Below, one piece after another: positions 57,654-64,000 of a stretch of DNA of 64,000 nucleotides; the first letter of the stretch is position 1; each line of letters starts with the position of its first letter. The position numbers were made by a program, and so were the translations under genes. Below the pieces are notes generated by a model. The model was not told the DNA's origin. It ran no database searches and saw nothing but the letters and a program-made list of their open reading frames with translations. This DNA is from Desulfuromonadales bacterium (GTDB taxonomy: Bacteria > Desulfobacterota > JAENJC01). The DNA is taken from the NCBI GenBank assembly GCA_919902985.1, contig CAKKSC010000022.1, positions 3,436-67,435 of the forward strand, read 5' to 3'.

Positions 57654-58169
57654 GTGGACGGGAAAAAAAGATATGTCCTTTTAATCGCCATAGCCGGGCT
57701 GGTTCTGCTCCTGGACCAGCTCACAAAGATTTATATAGTCTCGAGATTCAGCCTGTATGAGTCGCTCACCATTATAGAGGACTTTTTTCACATCACATAT
57801 ATTAGAAACCCCGGGGCAGCATTCGGGATATTTGCCGGAAGCGCCGCTTCATTCAGGATCCCATTCTTCCTGACCCTCTCTTTTGTTGCAATCATTGGAA
57901 TGCTGTTTTTTTATAAGACTGTAGCAGAAGAACTCCTTCGTATCGCCCTTTCACTTATACTGGGAGGGGCTTTAGGGAACATGATAGACAGGGCGAGGTT
58001 TGGCGAGGTAATTGATTTTATTGACGTCCATTGGTATAGTAATCACTGGCCCGCCTTCAATGTGGCAGATTCCGCCATTACCATAGGTGTCGGGCTCATG
58101 ATACTGGATATGCTTATAAAAGAAAACGGCTCTCACCGCAAAGGCGCAAAGGACGCAGAGAAAGACTAA
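57654..58169 (+). CDS. lspA: lipoprotein signal peptidase II
   Basis: NPGAAFG and FNVADSAI LspA motifs; GTG start overlapping the ileS stop. Confidence 0.85.
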   Translation: MDGKKRYVLLIAIAGLVLLLDQLTKIYIVSRFSLYESLTIIEDFFHITYIRNPGAAFGIFAGSAASFRIPFFLTLSFVAIIGMLFFYKTVAEELLRIALSLILGGALGNMIDRARFGEVIDFIDVHWYSNHWPAFNVADSAITIGVGLMILDMLIKENGSHRKGAKDAEKD

Positions 58170-58207
58170 TATAAAAAACCTATGCTGGCTTCAACTCAAA
58201 GCGAATT

Positions 58208-58975
58208 ATGCATCCCATCTTAATTAAACTCGGACCCTTCACCATCTATTCCTATGGATTCTTCCTCGCCATAGGGTTTATGCTGGCCATCGTCTATGTG
58301 ACAAGAGAGGCAAAAAGGGTAGGAGTAGACCCTCAGAAGGTTTCAGACATGGCCTTCTACCTCATAGTTTCGGCCCTTGTCGGAGCGAGACTTCTTTTTG
58401 TTCTTACTGAGCTCCACGACTTTGTTGAAAACCCTCTTGAGGTGTTCAAGATATGGAAGGGGGGGCTCGTCTTCTACGGTGGGTTTATCGGAGCCCTCAT
58501 TGCAGGGATATGGTATGTAAAGCGGAAGAATATGCCTCTTTGGAAGACCGCCGACATAATCGCCCCTGCCATTGCCCTTGGGCAGTCACTGGGAAGGATA
58601 GGTTGTTTTTCCGCAGGGTGCTGCTATGGAAAAGAGTGCGATCTCCCCTGGGCAGTTACATTCACAGACCCGAACTCCCTTGCCAGGCTTGGGGTTCCAC
58701 TGCATCCTACCCAGCTCTATGAGTCCGCCCTTGATTTCGGAATATTCCTGTTCCTTATTGTCTTTAGAAAAAGAAAGACCTTTGAAGGCCAGCTGATCTG
58801 GCTTTATTCCCTTCTGTATGCCGTTGCGCGCCTCGTTGTCGAGTCTTTCAGGGGAGACCCGAGAGGGTTTGTTGGAGGTATGCTGGCCACTTCCCAGCTC
58901 ATAGGTATCGTCATGATACCCATCTCAATATTTATGCTTATGAAACTTGGCAGGAAGAAGCCCGGTTTTAAATGA
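58208..58975 (+). CDS. lgt: prolipoprotein diacylglyceryl transferase
   Basis: Lgt signature (GPFTIYSYGFFLAIGF ... G-rich loop GRIGCFSAGCCYG). Confidence 0.9.
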   Translation: MHPILIKLGPFTIYSYGFFLAIGFMLAIVYVTREAKRVGVDPQKVSDMAFYLIVSALVGARLLFVLTELHDFVENPLEVFKIWKGGLVFYGGFIGALIAGIWYVKRKNMPLWKTADIIAPAIALGQSLGRIGCFSAGCCYGKECDLPWAVTFTDPNSLARLGVPLHPTQLYESALDFGIFLFLIVFRKRKTFEGQLIWLYSLLYAVARLVVESFRGDPRGFVGGMLATSQLIGIVMIPISIFMLMKLGRKKPGFK

Positions 58976-59004
58976 TCTGATATCTTTCAATCCAACAGTT
59001 AAAC

Positions 59005-59037
59005 AAAAAAGCCCTCTGGAGTCCCAGGGGGCTTTTT
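59005..59037. terminator. bidirectional rho-independent terminator between lgt and glnA
   Basis: AAAAAAGCCCTCTGGAGTCCCAGGGGGCTTTTT: ~10-bp stem flanked by an A-tract and a T-tract. Confidence 0.6.
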
Positions 59038-59061
59038 ATTGTCGTTTTATCAAAACATTTC

Positions 59062-60474
59062 TTAGCAGTCGTAATAGAGTGCGAACTCGTAAGGTGTCGG
59101 CCTCATGGCCATTGGTTTTACCTCTTTGTCAGTCTTGTACTCAATCCAGGTCTCGATAACGTCTTTTGTGAATACATCGCCCTTCAGCAGGAACTCATGA
59201 TCATTCTGAAGTGCAGTAAGGGCTTCTTCCAGAGAACCGCAGCATGAAGGAACCTTGGAAAGCTCCTCTGGAGACAGGCCGTATATATCTTTATCAAGAG
59301 GATCTCCCGGATTTATCTTGTTCTGGATGCCATCCAGGCCGGCCATCAGCATGGCGGAAAATGCCAGGTAGCCGTTGCATGCAGGATCAGGGAACCTTAC
59401 CTCAATCCTCTTCGCCTTAGGAGAAGGTGAATACATAGGAATCCTGATGGATGCAGACCTGTTCCTCCCGGAATATGCCAGGTTCACAGGCGCCTCAAAC
59501 CCTGGGACCAGTCTTCTGTATGAGTTGGTTGTCGGGTTGCAGATAGCGTTAAGGGCCTTTGCATGCTTCAGGATGCCGCCAATATAGTAAAGAGCCATCT
59601 TGCTCATCCCGCCGTACTCTTCACCGGCAAACAGTGGCTTCCCGCCTTTCCAGAGACTCTGGTGACAATGCATGCCGCTGCCGTTGTCTCCAAAAAGAGG
59701 CTTTGGCATGAAGGTCACGGTCTTGTTGTGCATGTAGGCCACATTCTTAATTATGTGTTTGAACCACTGGAGCTGGTCACCCATTTTAAGGAGGGAGTTG
59801 AATCTTATGTCAATCTCTGCCTGTCCTGCGCTGGCAACTTCGTGGTGCTGTCTCTCGACAGGTATCCCCATGCTCTCCATGATCATGCACATTTCAGTCC
59901 TGATGTCCTGCTGGCTGTCAGTTGGGGAAACAGGGAAGTAGCCTTCCTTATAACGAGGCTTGTAACCGAGGTTTGGCCCTTCCTCTCTGCCGCTGTTCCA
60001 GCGACCCTCAATGGAGTCGATATAATAAAAACCATGATTACCATGCTGGTCAAAGCGTATATCATCGAATATAAAAAACTCCGGTTCGGGGCCAAAATAT
60101 GCGGTGTCAGCAATCCCTGTTGACTTGAGATATGCCTCCGCCTTCTTCGCTATGCTCCTGGGGTCCCTGCTGTAGGTTTCCCTGGTTATAGGGTCTATGA
60201 TATCGCAGATAAGGCTAAGGGTTGCCTCCTCCATGAATGGGTCCATTACCGCTGTGGACGGGTCCGGGATAACGAGCATGTCGCTCGCATGGATAGGCTG
60301 CCATCCCCTTATGCTTGAGCCGTCAAAACCCAGCCCCTCCTCGAATATCTCCTCTTTCAACTCTGAGACAGGGATGGTGAAATGCTGCCAGATACCTACG
60401 AAGTCCAGAAACTTCAGGTCTACCATCTTGGCGTTGTTTTCGTTTGAAAATTTTACTACGTCCTTAGGTGTCAT
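59062..60474 (-). CDS. glnA: glutamine synthetase type I
   Basis: GS beta-grasp N-domain and catalytic domain motifs ([21 protein letters not shown]-like). Confidence 0.95.
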   Translation of the reverse strand: MTPKDVVKFSNENNAKMVDLKFLDFVGIWQHFTIPVSELKEEIFEEGLGFDGSSIRGWQPIHASDMLVIPDPSTAVMDPFMEEATLSLICDIIDPITRETYSRDPRSIAKKAEAYLKSTGIADTAYFGPEPEFFIFDDIRFDQHGNHGFYYIDSIEGRWNSGREEGPNLGYKPRYKEGYFPVSPTDSQQDIRTEMCMIMESMGIPVERQHHEVASAGQAEIDIRFNSLLKMGDQLQWFKHIIKNVAYMHNKTVTFMPKPLFGDNGSGMHCHQSLWKGGKPLFAGEEYGGMSKMALYYIGGILKHAKALNAICNPTTNSYRRLVPGFEAPVNLAYSGRNRSASIRIPMYSPSPKAKRIEVRFPDPACNGYLAFSAMLMAGLDGIQNKINPGDPLDKDIYGLSPEELSKVPSCCGSLEEALTALQNDHEFLLKGDVFTKDVIETWIEYKTDKEVKPMAMRPTPYEFALYYDC

Positions 60475-60545
60475 CTTTACTCCTCCTTATATTTTAGTGA
60501 ATAGCAATACAGTTATTTTCTATTCACTTTTGCCTGTTACCGGAG

Positions 60546-60899
<354 letters not shown>

Positions 60900-61296
60900 T
60901 CAATATCGGTTGCTTTTAACATAAAAAAAAGAGCATTGCAAGGAAGAATGAAAAACCTCCATTACTGCTTCAAAAACTTGTATATTTAAAGCACTGCAAG
61001 GGGTATGCCGTATTGTAATATATTGATTTTGCTGGGGTTGGCCCTTTTGCTAAGCCTAAAATTGATATTAGCTGCTCATTAGTTAAGCAAGAAAATATTT
61101 TACCATCTTTCAAGTGTGAACAATATCGCCTGTTTAAAAATATCTGCCCATGTTGCGGGCAGTTGCATAATGATTGTGCAGATTGTTGAGAGGGGAGGAA
61201 CTGAGATGTTGTGGTTGCAATGAATGGATACTCATGGTATTTTTGTAGCATCAATAGGCGTTTATTTTATATAAAATATTAGCAGGGAGGTGCAGT

Positions 61297-61671
61297 ATGA
61301 CAGCAAGAAATCAGGTTTACAGGTGTGAGAAGTGCGGCAATATCGTTGAGGTGCTTAATGCTGGTGGCGGGACACTGGTATGCTGCGGGGCAGATATGAC
61401 ACTTCTTGTTGAGAACACAGTGGACGCGTCGAAAGAGAAGCATGTCCCGGTAATAGAAAGGACTGCGGATGGGATAAAGGTGAAGGTCGGAGCTGTTCCG
61501 CATCCTATGGAGGACAAGCACTTCATCATGTGGATTGAATTGATTGCAGATGGGAATGTCTACCGTCAGTTCCTGACGCCTGGGAGTGCTCCTGTGACCT
61601 TCTTCCCTGTGGCAGCCGGAAATGTGACCGCAAGAGAGTATTGCAACCTTCACGGTCTGTGGAAAAGCTGA
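61297..61671 (+). CDS. dfx: desulfoferrodoxin (2Fe superoxide reductase)
   Basis: N-terminal desulforedoxin-like CxxC...CC plus a C-terminal neelaredoxin domain (HVPVIE...H...CNLHGLWK). Confidence 0.9.
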   Translation: MTARNQVYRCEKCGNIVEVLNAGGGTLVCCGADMTLLVENTVDASKEKHVPVIERTADGIKVKVGAVPHPMEDKHFIMWIELIADGNVYRQFLTPGSAPVTFFPVAAGNVTAREYCNLHGLWKS

Positions 61672-61710
61672 TACAAGACTGCCGGAATCATATGTCAGAG
61701 GTAAGCAGCC

Positions 61711-62379
61711 ATGCGCATCCTTATTGTGGAAGATGAAAAGGCCCTTGCCAATAATCTGAAAAGAGGCCTTTCTGAAGAAGGTTATAGCGCAGATGTGGCC
61801 TATGATGGAGAAGAGGGCGGCTTTATGGCAGAGACCGAGCCATATGACCTGATCATTCTCGATATAATGCTTCCAAAGGTTGACGGCTTCACTCTCCTCA
61901 AGAACATCAGAAAACAGGGGATTAAGGCCCCAGTCCTTATGTTGACAGCGAAGGACGCGATATCAGACAAGATCAAGGGGCTTGACACCGGGGCCGATGA
62001 CTATATTATAAAACCATTCGATTTCGATGAACTCCTGGCCAGGGTCAGGGCCCTGCTTAGGCGGAAGGGGGAAGTGAAGTCAGCGGTTATAGGTATTGGT
62101 GACCTGGAGATAGACACAGCAGGGCATCAGGTCAAAAGGGGAGGGAAGGATATAAACCTTTCAGCAAGGGAATATGCCCTTCTGGAATACCTGGCCTATA
62201 ATAAAGATAAGGTTGTAACAAGGATCGATATATCGGAACATATATATGACTATGACTTTGACCTTGACAGTAACATTATAGATGTCTATATAAACTTCCT
62301 TAGAAACAAGATTGATAAGGGGTTTGAAAAAAAACTGATCCATACCGTTCGGGGAGCGGGGTATATACTTAAAGAGTGA
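61711..62379 (+). CDS. OmpR-family response regulator
   Basis: REC domain plus a winged-helix Trans_reg_C domain (LSAREYALLEYLAYN...VHTVRGAGY). Confidence 0.85.
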   Translation: MRILIVEDEKALANNLKRGLSEEGYSADVAYDGEEGGFMAETEPYDLIILDIMLPKVDGFTLLKNIRKQGIKAPVLMLTAKDAISDKIKGLDTGADDYIIKPFDFDELLARVRALLRRKGEVKSAVIGIGDLEIDTAGHQVKRGGKDINLSAREYALLEYLAYNKDKVVTRIDISEHIYDYDFDLDSNIIDVYINFLRNKIDKGFEKKLIHTVRGAGYILKE

Positions 62380-62420
62380 AATTGTAGGGACTCCCCGCCG
62401 GAGCTTCTCTGCCTTGTGCT

Positions 62421-63803
62421 ATGTTTAGATCTATAAAAACACGTCTTCTTATCTGGTTGCTTTCTGCCCTTGCCGTCATAATGATAAGCCTCGGACTTTT
62501 CCTGTACAACCGTCTTGATATTATTGTGATAGATATGGTTGACCACCTCCTTTCAGACAAGGCGGAACTCTTGAAGGGGCTTGTCCACGAGCATAATGGG
62601 GAGATCGAGTTTGAGATATCTGATGTGACTTTAGGGGATTATTCGATAAAGGATTCAGGGCATTATTTTGAGATAGCCGACGCCGAAGGTAAGACTCTCG
62701 TAAAATCAAGGTCGCTCGGTGATTATAGCTTTGCAGGATCACACTCTCCTAAAGATACAGGATTTTTTACAGGGCCGGGACCGTCTCCGGTATCTGTTCG
62801 CCTGTTTGTTCACGAGTTTCTCACATTTGAAAATGAAAGATTTGTTCTCTATGTTGCGGAAGAGTTAAAGGAAGAGCTTGGCCTACTGAGGGCCTTCAAG
62901 GTGTTCCTGCTCAGTGTTTTTCCTCTGACCATATTGCTTACTGGAGTCGGGAGCATATTTATTGTGCAGCTTTCCCTTAGACCGTTGACCTCCTTTTCCC
63001 AACAGATTGGTTTGATCACAGAGAAAAGGCTCCATGAAAGGGTAGACTCACAGGGGGTCGATGCAGAGCTTAAGGAGCTTGCCTCTTCCTTCAATGAGAC
63101 GATGGACCGCCTGGAGAAGGCCTTTCAGGCCCAGAGGGACTTTTTGTCCGATGCATCACATGAACTCAGGACACCTACCGCTGTGATAAAGAGCACGGCA
63201 GATATTACCTTGCGGCGGGAGAGGTCTGCTGTCGAATACAGGGAGGCATTGGGAACTGTAAAGGATGCGGCTGAGAGGATGGGAGGGCTTATAGACAGGC
63301 TTCTGAAGCTGTCCAGACTTGATGCAGAGCAGAGCGAGAAAAAAGAAAGGGTCAACCTGAAAGACGTCCTGAAAACGGCTATAAAAACGATCGCTCCGCT
63401 GGCTGAAGCTCAGGGGATAGATATCTATACAGAAAAGGCAGTTGATGTGGCTGTGGAAGGAGATAAAGACCAGCTTTCAGAGCTCTTCCTCAGTATCCTT
63501 GATAATTCCATTAAATACAACAGGCCAAAGGGGAGCGTAAACCTTTCCCTGGCAAGATTGGATAATTGGGCAGTTGTAAAGGTGGCAGATACCGGTATTG
63601 GAATTGCGCCGGAGGCTTTGGACAAGGTATTTGACAGATTCTACAGAGAAGATGTCTCCAGGGGTGAGATTCCGGGGACTGGCCTGGGGCTTCCAATAGC
63701 AAAGGGTATTGCCGAGGGCCACGGCGGGAGGATAGAGGTTGAGAGCAGGGTAGGGGAGGGCAGCACGTTTACCGTATACCTGCCTCTGAATAGCTCTTCC
63801 TAA
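62421..63803 (+). CDS. sensor histidine kinase (2 TM, HAMP, HisKA, HATPase)
   Basis: H-box SHELRTP and HATPase motifs (GTGLGLPIAK); probable partner of the upstream OmpR-type RR. Confidence 0.85.
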   Translation: MFRSIKTRLLIWLLSALAVIMISLGLFLYNRLDIIVIDMVDHLLSDKAELLKGLVHEHNGEIEFEISDVTLGDYSIKDSGHYFEIADAEGKTLVKSRSLGDYSFAGSHSPKDTGFFTGPGPSPVSVRLFVHEFLTFENERFVLYVAEELKEELGLLRAFKVFLLSVFPLTILLTGVGSIFIVQLSLRPLTSFSQQIGLITEKRLHERVDSQGVDAELKELASSFNETMDRLEKAFQAQRDFLSDASHELRTPTAVIKSTADITLRRERSAVEYREALGTVKDAAERMGGLIDRLLKLSRLDAEQSEKKERVNLKDVLKTAIKTIAPLAEAQGIDIYTEKAVDVAVEGDKDQLSELFLSILDNSIKYNRPKGSVNLSLARLDNWAVVKVADTGIGIAPEALDKVFDRFYREDVSRGEIPGTGLGLPIAKGIAEGHGGRIEVESRVGEGSTFTVYLPLNSSS

Positions 63804-63994
63804 CCTGCGGCAATCTTGACGACTATCTTGAATACGTGGGATGGCCTGCCTGCCGCCAGTCTGGGGGCATGACCGTCTTCTGGATATAGCACAGTTAGTT
63901 GTCCAGCCTTAAGATAAACTGGCGTCACCTCACCCTCAGGCGCCGTGCCGAAACAGATGTCCTTTTCCTCGTCATATTCTTCTGTAATAACCAT
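63800..63994 (-). CDS. hypothetical small protein (possibly longer; frame stays open to the window edge)
   Basis: 64-aa ORF converging on the HK gene; no family recognised. Confidence 0.25.
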   Translation of the reverse strand: MVITEEYDEEKDICFGTAPEGEVTPVYLKAGQLTVLYPEDGHAPRLAAGRPSHVFKIVVKIAAG

Positions 63995-64000
63995 CCGTTC

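Noticed and set aside
60900-61000. Direct repeats gcattgcaagg / gcactgcaagg upstream of glnB as a sigma54 promoter
   Set aside because: A TTGCA element is present on the glnB strand, but no GG lies at the required -24 spacing.

Overview
This 64 kb window looks like bacterial chromosome from an anaerobe, probably a deltaproteobacterial or syntroph-like lineage. The evidence for that is desulforedoxin, desulfoferrodoxin, selA and larBC; GC content is about 50%. The lineage call is inference only. Coding density is high on both strands. Most of the window is core genes. Housekeeping: radA, rsmA, an RNase E/G-family nuclease, mnmE, lon, ileS, lspA, lgt, glnA-glnB, galU, selA. Metabolism: thiD-thiE, thiL, and the methionine genes metX-metW and metY. 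Signalling: several two-component systems and a complete chemotaxis cluster (cheR, mcp, cheW, cheY, cheA, cheC, cheD) followed by larB-larC. One region, about 22.9-28.6 kb, looks accessory. It holds a cupin plus a SWIM-zinc-finger protein, a DUF2281-like antitoxin-type protein, a decayed ORF6N-family remnant, a 5'-truncated orphan RHS C-terminal toxin tip followed by a CPBP (Abi) membrane protease as candidate immunity, and a lone MNT-type nucleotidyltransferase. The most unusual signal is a family of short GC-rich palindromic elements (C-runs / TTAnTAA / G-runs). They sit in-frame inside conserved genes (thiL, larC twice, ileS twice), always in the same orientation and frame, and add Pro-Pro-x-x-P-L-L-x-K-G-G-like peptide segments. 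Two other palindromic repeat families behave the same way (rsmA N-terminus; cheA linker versus the galU terminator). Related hairpins occur in intergenic regions. Other observations: a ~40-nt motif conserved upstream of metY and of the cupin-SWIM operon, divergent from metX; an unannotated 43-aa desulforedoxin gene; a metW broken by a 1-nt homopolymer frameshift; a MITE-like nested inverted-repeat element; and a leader with mutually exclusive helices upstream of a lipoprotein gene. No rRNA, tRNA or CRISPR array was seen.
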